The notes under the pieces are model-generated. The model saw only the letters and a program-made list of their open reading frames with translations, ran no database searches and was not told the origin of the DNA. A stretch of DNA of 64,000 bases from Alphaproteobacteria bacterium (lineage in GTDB: Bacteria; Pseudomonadota; Alphaproteobacteria; UBA828). The translations under genes were made by a program, and so were the position numbers. Shown here one piece after another: positions 43,111-54,341 of this stretch. The stretch's first letter is position 1. Every line of letters starts with the position of its first letter. The stretch spans positions 448,001 through 512,000 of the forward strand of contig CAXXVO010000008.1 of NCBI GenBank assembly GCA_963422645.2, written 5' to 3'.

Positions 43111-44112
43111 ATGCTTCCCAGAGTCGCAATCTTCGCCATGGGCGGGACCATCGCCATGGCCGGGCGCGGCGAGCGCGGCGTCACACCCTCGCTGGGTGCG
43201 GACGCGCTGGTGGAGGCGGTGCCGCAGCTTGCCGAGGTCGCGTCCGTCGAAGCGCAAACCTTCCGCCTGCTGCCGAGCCCGGAAGTCACGATCCCCGATC
43301 TCTTCGCGCTGGCCGACGCCATCGAGCAGGCCGTGGCCGACGGCGCCCACGGCGTGGTGGTCACGCACGGCACCGACACGATGGAGGAGTCGGCCTTCGT
43401 GCTCGACCGCATCCTCGCCGTCGATGCCCCGGTGGTGGTGACCGGCGCGATGCGCAACCCGACGCTCGCCGGGCCGGACGGGCCGGCGAACCTGCTGAAC
43501 GGCGTGCGCCTCGCCGTGCACGAGCCCGCGCGCGGCCTCGGCGTCATGGTGGTCATGAACGACGAGATCCACGCGGCACGCTACGTGCAGAAAGGGGTGA
43601 CCTCGAACCCGGCAGCGTTTCGCTCTGCGCCGGCCGGGCCGCTCGGCTGGTTCGCTGAAGGCGCGGTGCGGCTCGCCGGCCGGGTGGGTGGGCGCCGGAC
43701 GATCCCGGTGGCGCGCGACGCCGAGGTCGTGCCGGTTGCGCTGCTCACCGTGACGCTCGGCGACGATGGCAGGCTGATCGAGTGCGCGCTGGACGCGGGC
43801 TACCGGGGGATCGTGATGGAGTGCACTGGCGGCGGCCATGCCGCCGGCTGGGTCGCCGACAGACTCGCCCAAGCGGCCGAACGCGTGCCGATGGTCATGG
43901 CGTCCCGCACGGGAGCGGGCGAGATGCTGCGCCAGACCTACGACTTCAAGGGCTCGGAGATCGATCTGCTGACGCGCGGGCTGATCAGCGCCGGCTGGCT
44001 GGACGGGCTAAAGGCGCGCCTGCTGCTCACGTTGCTATTGATGCGAGGCGCCGACGACTCGACAATCCGCGAGGCGTTCGGCGCCTGCCTCGATCCTTCG
44101 CCTATACCCTGA
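43111..44112 (+). CDS. L-asparaginase/glutaminase family protein
   Basis: GGTIA, VTHGTDTMEE, TGAMR, DGPANL. Confidence 0.9.
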   Translation: MLPRVAIFAMGGTIAMAGRGERGVTPSLGADALVEAVPQLAEVASVEAQTFRLLPSPEVTIPDLFALADAIEQAVADGAHGVVVTHGTDTMEESAFVLDRILAVDAPVVVTGAMRNPTLAGPDGPANLLNGVRLAVHEPARGLGVMVVMNDEIHAARYVQKGVTSNPAAFRSAPAGPLGWFAEGAVRLAGRVGGRRTIPVARDAEVVPVALLTVTLGDDGRLIECALDAGYRGIVMECTGGGHAAGWVADRLAQAAERVPMVMASRTGAGEMLRQTYDFKGSEIDLLTRGLISAGWLDGLKARLLLTLLLMRGADDSTIREAFGACLDPSPIP

Positions 44113-44121
44113 AGGGGTTGC

Positions 44122-45534
44122 CTAGAACTTCTTCCACCAGGGGGTGCGGCCGCCGAGGCCAACCATGTCGACGCCGGTCATGAGCGAGACGTCGTAGGTC
44201 AGCGCGCGGAGATCGTTGGGGTCGAGGTCGCTCACCCTATTCTTGCCACAGGCGCGGGCGAAGAGCTGGATCTCCATGGTGAGCGCGTTGAGGTAGTTGG
44301 TCACGCTGTCGGCCGCCTCGTCCACGTCGAGGCGTTCCATCAGCTTCGGCAGCTGGGTGGTGATGCCGACGGGGCAGAGGCCGGTGTGGCAGTGCTGGCA
44401 CTCGTAGGGCGAGGTGCCGAGCCGGGCGTAGTCCTCCAGATAGATCGGCTTGTGACAGCCCATGGCGATGATCGGCGCGGTGCCGAGATAGACCACGTCG
44501 GCGCCAAGCGCGATGCACTTCGCTGCGTCCGCCCCGTTGCGGATACCGCCGCCGACGATGATCTTCATCGTGTCCTTCTTGCCCATGTCGGCGAGCGCTT
44601 CCGAGGCTTCGGCGATGGCGGCAACGGTGGGAATCCCGGCGTGGTCGAGCTGGATCGTGGGCGAGGCCGCGGTACCGCCCTCCATGCCGTCGAAAACGAT
44701 GGCATCGACCCCGGCCTTCGCCGCGATGCGAACGTCGTTGGCGATCCTGGCGGCGCCCACCTTGATGGAGATGGGCACCTTGTATTCGGTGACCTCGCGG
44801 ATCTCCTCGAGCTTCATGTAGAGATCGTCGGCGCCCATCCAATCGGGATGGCGGCAGGGGCTGCGCTGGTCGACTCCCTCGGGCAGGTCGCGCATCTCCG
44901 CCACCTCGTCCGACATCTTGAGCCCCAGCAGCACGCCGCCGGTACCGGGCTTCGCGCCCTGGCCGGCGCCGATCTCGATCATGTCGGCCTTCTTGAGGTC
45001 GTAGGGGTTCATGCCGTAGCGGCTCGGCAGGTACTGCATCACCAGCTTGTCGGAGTAGCGGCGCTCCTCGTGGTGCATGCCGCCCTCGCCGGTGCAGGTG
45101 GAAATGCCGCAGCGGCTCGCCGCCGTGCCGAGCGCGCGCTTGGCGTGAACCGAGAGCGCGCCGAAGCTCATGCCCGCGATCATGATCGGGCGCTCAAGGA
45201 CCAGCGGGTTCTCGCAGTTGCCCTCGCCGATCACCACCCGCGTGTCGCATTTCTCCCGATAACCTTCGAGCGGCATGCGCGAGAGACCAGCCGGCACGAA
45301 CACGAGGTCGTCGAAGGAGGGCAGGCCCTGGCGCTTGGTCGCCTGGCCCCTGATCTGGTAGCGGCCGAGGGCGGCCTTCTCCTGAATCTCCTCGATCACC
45401 TCGGGCGGCCACACCCCGCTGAAGCTGTAGGGCCGCGGATAGGCGCCGCTGGGCGCGGGCGCAGCGTCTTCCACAACCTCGATGGTGGAATCGCCCGCAT
45501 GGGCCTGAGGCGGTGTGCTCGTGGTCTCGCTCAT
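44122..45534 (-). CDS. glxD: FMN-binding glutamate synthase-like subunit (GlxD/MgsC-like)
   Basis: AGMSFGALS, TGEGG, GQGAKPGTGG, CQHCHTGLCPVGITTQ. Confidence 0.85.
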   Translation of the reverse strand: MSETTSTPPQAHAGDSTIEVVEDAAPAPSGAYPRPYSFSGVWPPEVIEEIQEKAALGRYQIRGQATKRQGLPSFDDLVFVPAGLSRMPLEGYREKCDTRVVIGEGNCENPLVLERPIMIAGMSFGALSVHAKRALGTAASRCGISTCTGEGGMHHEERRYSDKLVMQYLPSRYGMNPYDLKKADMIEIGAGQGAKPGTGGVLLGLKMSDEVAEMRDLPEGVDQRSPCRHPDWMGADDLYMKLEEIREVTEYKVPISIKVGAARIANDVRIAAKAGVDAIVFDGMEGGTAASPTIQLDHAGIPTVAAIAEASEALADMGKKDTMKIIVGGGIRNGADAAKCIALGADVVYLGTAPIIAMGCHKPIYLEDYARLGTSPYECQHCHTGLCPVGITTQLPKLMERLDVDEAADSVTNYLNALTMEIQLFARACGKNRVSDLDPNDLRALTYDVSLMTGVDMVGLGGRTPWWKKF

Positions 45535-46235
45535 AGCACGTCCTTCCACGCCGCGAAGTCATGCTTGTTGAAGTGCCACAGCTTGCGGTCCGACTGGAGC
45601 TTGCGGAACTTTGCGGGCGCCTCGATTTCGAAGCGGTCGAGCAGTTCCGCCACCTCGTCGAGCTCGCCGTTCTCGGCATCGACCTCCTCGAGCCCGGAGC
45701 CTAGCTCCTTCGCCGTGCCGCCGAGAAAGATCACGCCCTGATACATGGAATCGCCGAGGCCGGTGTCGGCGTCGCCGCAGACGATCATGCGACCGTTCTG
45801 CATCATGAAGCCCGACATGTAGCCGGTGTTGCCGCCGACGATGAGCTCGCCCTTTTTCAGGATCATGCCCGAGCGCGGCCCCGCATCGCCGTGCACGACG
45901 ACACGCCCGCCGCGGATCGAGGGCGCCGCCGAGGTGGCGGCGTTGCCGTGCACGACCACCTCGCCGCTCATCAGGTTGTCGGCCACGCCCCAGCCGCAGG
46001 TGCCGTGGACCTCCGCGGTGATGCCGTCGCAGAGGCCGGCAGTGAAGGAGCCCACGTGGCCGCGGTAGACGACGTGGATGGGCTGCAGAACCGAGACGCC
46101 GAGATTATGCCGCGCCTGTGGGTTCAGGAGCTCGACCTCCGGCACGCCCTCGTTCGCCGCGCGGCGAATCTCCTCGTTGATCGCGCGCGTCGGCCGGCCG
46201 GCGCAGTCGATGGTCAGTGAATTGGAATTCGCCAC
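45531..46235 (-). CDS. glxC: GXGXG-repeat glutamate synthase-like subunit (GlxC/MgsB-like)
   Basis: GWGVADNLMSG, GYMSGFMMQ, LGDSMY; overlaps both neighbours. Confidence 0.85.
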   Translation of the reverse strand: MANSNSLTIDCAGRPTRAINEEIRRAANEGVPEVELLNPQARHNLGVSVLQPIHVVYRGHVGSFTAGLCDGITAEVHGTCGWGVADNLMSGEVVVHGNAATSAAPSIRGGRVVVHGDAGPRSGMILKKGELIVGGNTGYMSGFMMQNGRMIVCGDADTGLGDSMYQGVIFLGGTAKELGSGLEEVDAENGELDEVAELLDRFEIEAPAKFRKLQSDRKLWHFNKHDFAAWKDVL

Positions 46236-47119
46236 GTCACCACCTCGCCGGCCCCCGGCTCCCACACCTCGATGTCCTCGCCGACCCCGTCGCGCAGCGA
46301 CCAGCAGTCGGAGGACACCGCCACCAGGCGGTCGGTCTCGCCCACCACCAGCGGCTTCGCCGCATAGGGGTCCTTGACGACGCCCACCTCGTCCGTGGTC
46401 ACGGCGATATAGGTGAAGCAGCCGTCGAGGATTGTCACCGAGCGTTCCAGCGCCTCGTGGAAGCTTGCGCCCTTGCCCATCTCGTCGATCAACGCCACGG
46501 CGATCACCTCGGAATCGTTGCCGGTGGCGAAGGTGTAGCCCGCACGCTCGTAGTGATAGCGCAGATGGTGGAAGTTCGTGATGTGGCCGTTGTGCATGAT
46601 CGCGAGATCGCGGTGCAGCCTGGCGGAGAGCGGTTGCCCGTGGGTGAAGTCGATGACGCTCTCGGTGGCGAAGCGCGTGAGCCCCATGGCGAGCGGGCCG
46701 TCGTAATCGGTGATGGTGAAGCGCTCCTCCAGGGTCTCCACGCCCCCCAGGTGCTTCACCACTTCGAGCTGACGGCCGATGCTGGCGACGGTATAGCCGG
46801 GACCGAGCGCGTCGATCGCGTCCACCAGCGCCCCATCGTCGCCGTCGTAACGGACCGTGGTGCGGATAAAGCCCTCGCCGTCGGTGGCGCTCTCGATACG
46901 GCCGAGCTCGTCCAGCAGACCCAGCACGCGGCCGCCGCCACCTGCTTCCTCGCAATTGACGCCGACGTAGAGGCGATCCTCGCTGGCCGGCTGGATCAGG
47001 GCGATTCCGGTCGAATCCGGCCCGCGCCGGAAGATGCCGTCCAGCACGTGATAGGCGATCTCGCCGGTGCGGCGATGATGATCCTTAGTCTTGAAGAAGA
47101 CGCCGCCGAGGCCGCACAT
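46214..47119 (-). CDS. glxB: Class II (Ntn) glutamine amidotransferase-like subunit (GlxB/MgsA-like)
   Basis: N-terminal MCG, RGPDSTG, TRFATES, HNGHITN, NDSEV. Confidence 0.85.
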   Translation of the reverse strand: MCGLGGVFFKTKDHHRRTGEIAYHVLDGIFRRGPDSTGIALIQPASEDRLYVGVNCEEAGGGGRVLGLLDELGRIESATDGEGFIRTTVRYDGDDGALVDAIDALGPGYTVASIGRQLEVVKHLGGVETLEERFTITDYDGPLAMGLTRFATESVIDFTHGQPLSARLHRDLAIMHNGHITNFHHLRYHYERAGYTFATGNDSEVIAVALIDEMGKGASFHEALERSVTILDGCFTYIAVTTDEVGVVKDPYAAKPLVVGETDRLVAVSSDCWSLRDGVGEDIEVWEPGAGEVVTWRIPIH

Positions 47120-47143
47120 GGGCTTCGCTCCCTTGCGTCGCCG

Positions 47144-47623
47144 TCAGCCGGCGGCCGGCAGCAGCTTGACCCTCTTGTCGAGGTGCGCCCAGGGGATCAT
47201 CGCGTCGATCCAGGCGTTGATGCGGTCAAAAGCGAGCATCGCTGCTTCGCAGACCTGCACCACCTCGCCATGGCTCTTGGCGCCGCCGGCCTCGAAATAG
47301 GCGGCGAGGTCGCGCACGAGCTTGACCGTGTTGGTGAGCTTCCACTTGGCAAGCCGGCCGGCATGGCGGTTGAGCAACGCAGCTGCCATCTGGTTCAACG
47401 CCGCGGGCGGCAGGGCCTCGTCGAGCGCCAGCTGGCGGACGACCTGGATGTTTTCGCCCATCCAGAAGGTGTTGAAGTTGGCGTAGAGCACGGGCGGCAT
47501 GTTGCCCATGGGCGGCAGGCTGTGCGCGCGGAGCCGGGTAATGTCGCCGGGCTCGGAACTCCAGTTGCGTCGGCCGAAGCGCTCCAGCCGGTCGATGATC
47601 GCGCTCGTCTCGGTTGCGGTCAT
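47144..47623 (-). CDS. Helical protein resembling the cucumopine synthase C-terminal bundle
   Basis: W..EP.DI..LR near the N-terminus, DRINAWIDAMIPW near the C-terminus; recognised from memory. Confidence 0.55.
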   Translation of the reverse strand: MTATETSAIIDRLERFGRRNWSSEPGDITRLRAHSLPPMGNMPPVLYANFNTFWMGENIQVVRQLALDEALPPAALNQMAAALLNRHAGRLAKWKLTNTVKLVRDLAAYFEAGGAKSHGEVVQVCEAAMLAFDRINAWIDAMIPWAHLDKRVKLLPAAG

Positions 47624-47627
47624 GGTC

Positions 47628-48020
47628 CTACGCTCCCTCGACGAGTTCGAGCCGGACCGGCAGCGGCCCCTTGGTGAGGATCTTCTTGCCCGCGGGCTTC
47701 AGATGCTCCAGCCCGTCCACGATCTTCGCGAACACGCTGACCTTCCCGAAGGGCTTGGTATCGCCGTAGAAGATGCAGGCGGTCTGGCGCCCCGGATAGA
47801 AGCCGATGTCGCCGGGCTTGACGTTGAGAATCTCGTTCTCCGCGTTGCAGTAGAAGGGGAGCATCACGATCAACTCCTCGCCCGCGAACTTGGCGTGCAC
47901 CGAGAAGCTATCGCAGGGCAGGCTCTCGGCGAACGCCTTGACGACGTTGGGCGCCTTGCCACCCAGCAGTTCGGCGACGACCGTGCGGCCGTCGATGGTC
48001 ATTGCGAAACGATCCGCCAT
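47628..48020 (-). CDS. DUF3830 cyclophilin-like fold protein
   Basis: KAPNVV.AF, HAKFAGEE, EN..PGDI.FYP, IFYG. Confidence 0.8.
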   Translation of the reverse strand: MADRFAMTIDGRTVVAELLGGKAPNVVKAFAESLPCDSFSVHAKFAGEELIVMLPFYCNAENEILNVKPGDIGFYPGRQTACIFYGDTKPFGKVSVFAKIVDGLEHLKPAGKKILTKGPLPVRLELVEGA

Positions 48021-48159
48021 GATATCCCCTCGCCCTCGCGCCGTTGCCCGCGCCCTCTGCCGCCCATTAGCCGCGGCCTCTCCAGCCGCCGCGCGGTCCT
48101 TGGGCCAAAGTCGATATCATGGCCCGCTCGGCCGGGCAATCGCACCTGACGCAGGGGAG

Positions 48160-50038
48160 GTAACTGCCCAGGTTCTTGCTGTGAAAATTCTCTGGGATTC
48201 GGCACAACGCTACCCACGCGACGCCCGTGTGCTCCTCTGTGGTCGCCGGGTTTCACAGCTCACGATGCCCCTCTTGCGGACTGCGACCGGTAAGCTACCC
48301 CGATGTGGCCCGAAGTCCGCCCGCGCGACGGGCACCGATTTTCATTCTATGGGGTGGTCCAGCACGGCGTCGACCATGATCGTTTATGAGAATGGCTCCG
48401 CTGTTGGAGAACCCGTGCCAGGTGAGCTTACGCGCACTTGACGGTGGCGATGAGCCGATCCGATGGGCTGGTCAGGGCTTCGATGATATTCCAGCCCTGC
48501 TTTCTGGCGGTGGTGATGACGCTGCGCAGGATGGCGAAGTTCTCGGCCCCCTGCGCGGACCGGAAGCCCCCGGAGATCTTCTGGCGCAGCTTCATCATCC
48601 GAAGGTCGCGCTCGGCCTCGTTGTTCGTGAACCCGACCTCGAGGTCGATCAGGAACCGGAGCACCGCGCATTTGTGGTCGCGCAGCCTCAAGGCCAGATT
48701 GTGACCGATCCTTCGCTTCCGGCGCTTCTTCCTCTTGCCAGGCGAGAACGGTGGTTGGCTCTCGTGAAAGGCCAGCGCATCGGCGATGATCTCGTCGTAT
48801 CGGCGCTCGATCAGCGCCACAAGCCTCGCCGGAACGGCGATATCCTTGTCCAGCGCGATGCGGGCGGCGCGATTGGCTCGGCGCAGGAGCTGCTGCATCC
48901 GCCGGGCCCAAGCCTCCCCTTCGATGTCCACCAGCGCCTGCAACTCCCGCAGGTGATGGGCGTTGCACAGGCCGTGCTCCACCCCTTCCATCGCGAAGTA
49001 CGGCTTCCAGTGATCGTGCACGACGATGCCGGAGACACCCGAGAGCAGGGCGCCGCGCTTGCCGCTGACCCGGTACGCCGCCAGCAGCGGCGTGCAGATC
49101 ACATGAAGCCACTGCGTCTGACCGCCGATCCGCAAGCCGGTCTCGTCCATGTGTTTCACCCGCGCCGTGCCCGCCGCCAGGTCCTGTATGTGCAAGGCCG
49201 CGTCCCGCAGCCGCTCGGCCGCCCTCTCGCTCATCGTCGCCAACGTCGCAGCCGTCACCGGCGCGCCGAAGAGCTCGGCCATCACCTGCGACAGCCGATC
49301 CTCCGGCAGGAAGTGAGCGTGCTGAAGGTAGACCGCCACCCCGGCAATGCGCGGGCCGTACTGCACCGGCGCCGACACCCCGTCGGGGAACGCCGCCCGG
49401 GTCACCGTCCCGCAATGCCCGCAGCACTTGGCATGCGCCCGGTGCTCGGTCACCTCCAGGGGGCTCGGCTCGGGCAGATCGAACACCTGGCGGGCGACGG
49501 GCGTTCCCGCCCTGGCCGCGTCCGAAAGCGGCGAACCGCATCCCTTGCAGGAAGCCGGGACGTGATCCTTCACCCGATCCGGGTGATCGGCGCGGCGCAG
49601 CGTCTTGCCCTTGTGGCCGGGCTGGCCACCGGGCTTGCGGCCCGATTTGCCGCGCAGGCTTCGGGTTCGCCGCTTCGAATTCGGCTTCCTCAGCCCATCG
49701 CTCGAAGGCGGCTTGCCGCTGTTGAGGCCGAGACGGCGCTCCAACTCCTCGATGCGCTCGACGAGACGCGCGACTTGCTCTTCCAGCCGCGCGTTCTGCT
49801 GCCGAAGCCAGGCATTTTCCTCCCGAAGCCGGGCGTTCTCCTCCTCCAGGCGGGCGATCTTCTGCGCGGGCGTTTCGGGCGCTGCTCCCGTCGAAGGGCC
49901 GCGCGGCGACTCGGGATTGCTCATGTCGTTGTTGAGTCATTTCCCGAAATTCCCGTCAAGCCCTTTCCACCAACTCCGAACGAGAAACGCCTCAATCCAC
50001 TGGCCCAAAATGACAAATCAGACGACCTGGGCAGTTAC
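48160..50038 (-). mobile_element. IS66 type A, copy 2 (transposase 48428-49924)
   Basis: Same IRs and ORF as copy 1 minus 9 bp; no TSD. Confidence 0.93.
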
Positions 50039-50151
50039 GATTTTTCTTTCCTTTCCTGCCTTCTGCCTCTTGCATCATCGCCACGGATTGTCTCCAATAG
50101 CCCCGCATTTGATGCCGCTCGATTGCGGTTTGATGACTGATATTCGAGCGG

Positions 50152-51201
50152 ATGGAGACCGTGGGAGAGACGATGCCGAAACGCAGCACACTCAAACTGA
50201 CCAAGCGGATTGTCGAGAAGCTGAAAGCCGAGGACAAGGACGCGATTTACTGGGACGGCGAGCTGGCCGGCTTGGGAGTGCGGGTCCACGCCACCGGACG
50301 CAAGCTCTTTATCGTCCAGTCCCGGGGACCGGCCGGCCTGAAGCGGGTGACGCTGGGGCCGGTTGGCGCGGAGACGATCGAGAAGTACCGGAGCGAGGCG
50401 GCGGTTGCGATCGACCGCATCAAGCAGGGTGAGGACCCGAGGCCGCCGAAGCCGGCGCCCGAGCCCACGGTCGCCGATCTGGCGGCCCGCTGCGTGTCCG
50501 TCCGGTTTGGGGTCAGGTGCAAGCCGGCAACGGCGAAGCACTACAAGATGGCTCTCGACCGTCACGTTCTTCCTGTCTTGGGGACGATGCCGCTTTCGGA
50601 GGTCGGGCCGAAAGAAGCCGCCGCGCTGCACCACTGGATGCGCGACATGCCGGCGATGGCGAACCGGGCGGTCTGGGTACTGTCGAGGCTGTTCGTTCTG
50701 GCCGAGACCTGGGAGATGGTGCCGCCCGGCCGTAACCCGTGCCGGCATGTCCGGTACTATCGCGAGAAGTCCCGCGAACGCTTCCTGACGCCCGAGGAGT
50801 TCCGACGCCTCGGGGCGGCGTTGCGAACATTCGAGGCCAGGGGGGCGACGCAGGCGTCGGCAGTCGCCGCGTTGCGTCTGCTGATGCTGACCGGCTGCCG
50901 GATGGGCGAGATCCTGTCCCTGCGGTGGGATGACATGGACCGCACGTCGCGCGTGCTGCGGTTGCGCGACGGCAAGACGGGCCCGCGCATGGTGCCGCTG
51001 ACCGATCCGGTGCTGGCGGTGCTCGACGGCATCGAGCGCGTGGAGGACGTTCCCTGGATGATCCGCAGCAAGTCGGATGGCCGACTGACCGGCCTCTTCT
51101 CGTATTGGCAGCATATCCGGAAGGACGCCGGTCTGGATGACGTGCGGGTGCACGATCTCAGGCTCACTTGTGCATCATCAGACTATCGTCTGGCCGCCTG
51201 A
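50152..51201 (+). pseudogene. Tyrosine integrase with an arm-binding N-domain, C-terminally truncated
   Basis: WDGELAGLGVRV, LTGCRMGEI, KTG, RVHDLR; the following H..G-H..Y catalytic segment is missing. Confidence 0.85.
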
Positions 51202-51346
51202 ACCCCATCAACCCGTTGTTTATAAACGTGTTTTCAGTTCCTTCCGTGCCCTCGTATATTTCCCAAATCGGCTTCCGTAATCATACCGTAACTGGAGTCG
51301 ATCCACTTCTGGACGTGACATGTCACGTCAGTAGCATGATTTCGTC

Positions 51347-51692
51347 GTAACCGTTCGGGTCCCGGGGGACGGAACACGCGCGGTCGCTACCGGAATGGTG
51401 CAGTCCCGAGGGAAGCTGCGACCTTCCTGCCGTTCAGCCCGACTTGGCACCGCGCGCCTCCCCCGAGCGTCGAACGGTTACATTTCGTCGACCATTCCGA
51501 TTCGCGCGGTTTTCGTTCGGTCACGCGTAAGCGTTCCGGTAAACGTTCCGACAACCCGTGCTGGCCCGAACGAACGGACGTGGTCAAAGCCCGCAATGCG
51601 AAGAGATCCGTCGTCTGGCGGCATCGACCGTGTCGGCGGGCCGGTCGGTTCCACGGCTTACCGGAACGGTTACCGTAACCGTAAACGTTCCG
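51347..51692. repeat. Six copies of a GTAA(A/C/G)CGTTC(C/G) motif in both orientations
   Basis: Forward at 51347, 51527, 51539, 51681; reverse at 51471-51481 and 51662-51673. Confidence 0.65.
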
Positions 51693-51762
51693 CCAGGCCG
51701 TGGAGAAGGGCATCCTCTGGTTGGCACGGTTGCACGCATGCCCGATCCGTGGGGCTTGGATT

Positions 51763-52050
51763 CTAGCGGTTGAGGGCGCGCCGCCAATCCCTTCTGAGAG
51801 GCCGGAGCCAGACGTCCTTGCGGGGTTTGTCGTAGAGCTTGTCCCGGTCGTAGCGACCGCGCCCCTGAGTGGTCCCGACCCGTATCCAGCCTGATGCCCG
51901 GTAGACGGCGCCGGTGTAGCGCGGGGTCTCGACGAAGGTCTCGATGAGCTCCGCCGCGCCGTCCAGTCCCTGGCGGTGACGAGCCAGTCGTAGCCCAGCA
52001 GGTAGTATCCGTTCATCACCAGGTCCGGCAACGGCTCCTCTGCTCTGGCC
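51763..52050 (-). pseudogene. Degenerate DUF4338 (DruA-like) fragment
   Basis: LIETFVETPRYTGAVYRASGWIRVGTTQGRGRYD motif; the upstream part is in a different frame. Confidence 0.65.
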
Positions 52051-52427
52051 TGTGTAAAAACACAAAAGTTGTCCTCAACGGACAGAATTAGTGTGTATCG
52101 CCGTCGCGCAGCTTTCGGTCGCCCTCCCTTCTCCTCACCTGCGCTGTCCGCCCTGCGCTCACACTCTCCGCGGCCTGCGGCTCGACACCCTGTCCGGTCG
52201 GCTTCCCCGCCTCGGACGCTCCTGTGTTCTGCCCTCCGGTGGCGCTCACTTCTGGGCTGTCCTTCCCGCGCCCGATCCGGGCCAGCATCCCCTTGAGGCT
52301 CGCTGTCCCCTTCGCGCTGGCCTTGAGTGTGTCGCTTGGTGGTGCCTGCTCCCCGTGTCATCATGTGCATACGGGAGTGGGTGCCCGGCGGAAATCGTGG
52401 CGAAGCGATATAGGAGAGGAGACGCGG

Positions 52428-52862
52428 ATGACACCGACTGATGCGCGCGCCGACCCCATCGTCTATGCAGTCACCATCGATCGAGGCGGTGAACGGCGGT
52501 GGTTCGGAAATATGCAGCCGTGCGCAGGCGGGCTCTGGGGTGCATGGGACGCCGACGACGCCCCGGTTGAAGGGGGGGGCGAAGAGATGTTTGAGGACCT
52601 GACCGCGTTCGTCGGGAAGGTGGGAGGGAGAAACGTCAAGATTTTGGCCGGACCCCGAAGCGCCATGGTGCAAGACCGTCACAGATACGCTTTGGCATGG
52701 GAGGCGTGGACCGCCCCGGTGCAGTGGTGGCGGTGGGGAACCGAAGACCGCGATCAGGCCCAACGGTACTCGAAGGAGGATGGGTGCATCATAAATGGCC
52801 CGAGGGAAGACATGGTGGAGGATTTCCGTCAGTACCTGAAGGACCGGGGGTGCCGTTGGTAG
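52428..52862 (+). CDS. Hypothetical protein (144 aa, Trp-rich)
   Basis: RBS AGGAGAGGAG before ATG 52428. Confidence 0.55.
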   Translation: MTPTDARADPIVYAVTIDRGGERRWFGNMQPCAGGLWGAWDADDAPVEGGGEEMFEDLTAFVGKVGGRNVKILAGPRSAMVQDRHRYALAWEAWTAPVQWWRWGTEDRDQAQRYSKEDGCIINGPREDMVEDFRQYLKDRGCRW

Positions 52863-53078
52863 AGGCAGGCTGACCAGGACATCCTCGCTGGGCCGCCAGC
52901 CTACGTTTACAGCTTCTCGCCGTCGCGCGGCTCCACGTCGCCACGCTCTCTTCGTAGCTTCCACGTTACGCTGTTCCGCGTTTCTTCGGTTTTTCCTTAG
53001 CGATCTCCTCCTTGCCCGGAAACCTAGCCGAATTATTGCGGATTCCGTGAAAACGGACAGAACTACCGCGTATGCCTG

Positions 53079-54341
53079 TCAGCCGCCGGTCGGGCAATCA
53101 ACAACTTGGCGATCCCATCCGGCCGGATTTTCTGCGGAACTGCGGACAGGTTTAGTGCGTTTGCACATGGCCGGCCGGTTCAGATCGTCCCTCACCTCGG
53201 GATCATTGTAGATGTGGTAGAGGCGGGATCTGTAGGTTCTGGCGTCGGGCACGGCGTCGTCGCGGATCACCACACGCGGCGTCTTGACGAGGCCGGACTC
53301 GATGGCGTCGTTCAATCCTAAATCACTCACGATCCAGTCGAACAGCGCTTCCTCGGAACTTCTCCCGCCCGACGGCGCGAACGGTGTCGCCGAGAAGTCG
53401 TAGCAGGCGAGAATGCCGCGCGCTCGGTGGATTCGATCCAGCCCGCCGATCCACTTGGTCGCTTCCTCAATGGTGCCCCTGGCGACGCCCCTGACCTTGC
53501 CCCCGGCCGGGACACGCCATGCGTGATGCGCCTCATCGTTGACGACCAGGATGTTCCGGGCGCGCGCCATGTCGCCGAGCACATCGCGGATATAGGCTTC
53601 GACGCTCTTGGCGCCGCGTTTGTTGGCGATCTTCTCGTCCGTCTCCCAATTAAGCGCGTGCCAGTTGCGGATCGCCACCTTGCCTTGACGCAGCTTGTCG
53701 AGCACAGCCGACGGAACGACACGGAAGGCCTCGTAGTAGTTCTCTGGATGAGACGGCACCAGAACGGCCAAGCGGTTTCTTACCGTGAGACCGGGAGCGA
53801 TGACGAGGATGTTCTTGGCGAATCGGGTATCGCGGGGGTTGGCAATCTTGTTCACCACATGCCAGGCGATAACCATGGCTATGACGACGGTTTTGCCGGA
53901 GCCGGTCGCCATCTTGGCGCATAGCCGCTGGAACGCGCCGCCGTCGGACGGGATATCGACCCCCACGCGCTCAGCCGCCGGCGCTTCGGTGAGCCAGATT
54001 AGCGTTTCCGCCGCCTCGACCTGACAGAAGAAGAACCGCCGGGCGAACTCCTCGGGATCGTTCCAGTACTCCAGCAGGCGCTTCGTGACTCCCGTAACTC
54101 CGGGATAGCCAGCGGCACGCCACGCGCGCACGCGTTCTCGAATGCAGTTGACCAGGGGGATTTCGACGAAGACGCCGGGGTCTCCGAAAGCCTTGGAATC
54201 CTGCGACGCGATGACATATCCGGCCGGCCGGCGTCCGTCCCCGAGGTCGAACAGACGCGTCGTCCGATCGTAGCGCCAATGGCGCGCGGGCTCCTCGTAG
54301 AGAGAATTGACGATCAGGCGGTCGATGATGGCGCGGGCCAC
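53079..54341 (-). pseudogene. res: Type III restriction endonuclease Res subunit, 3'-truncated near 53170
   Basis: FFCQVEAAET, KMATGSGKT, NDEAHH, DFSATP, DAIESGLVKTP; second helicase domain and nuclease domain absent. Confidence 0.85.

Noticed and set aside
51763-52050. Druantia defence system
   Set aside because: Only a degenerate DUF4338 fragment is present, with no DruE helicase or other partners
51387-52964. 525-aa minus-strand ORF
   Set aside because: Low-complexity Arg/Pro/Gly-rich translation crossing several unrelated fragments; no recognisable domain apart from a few DUF4338-like residues
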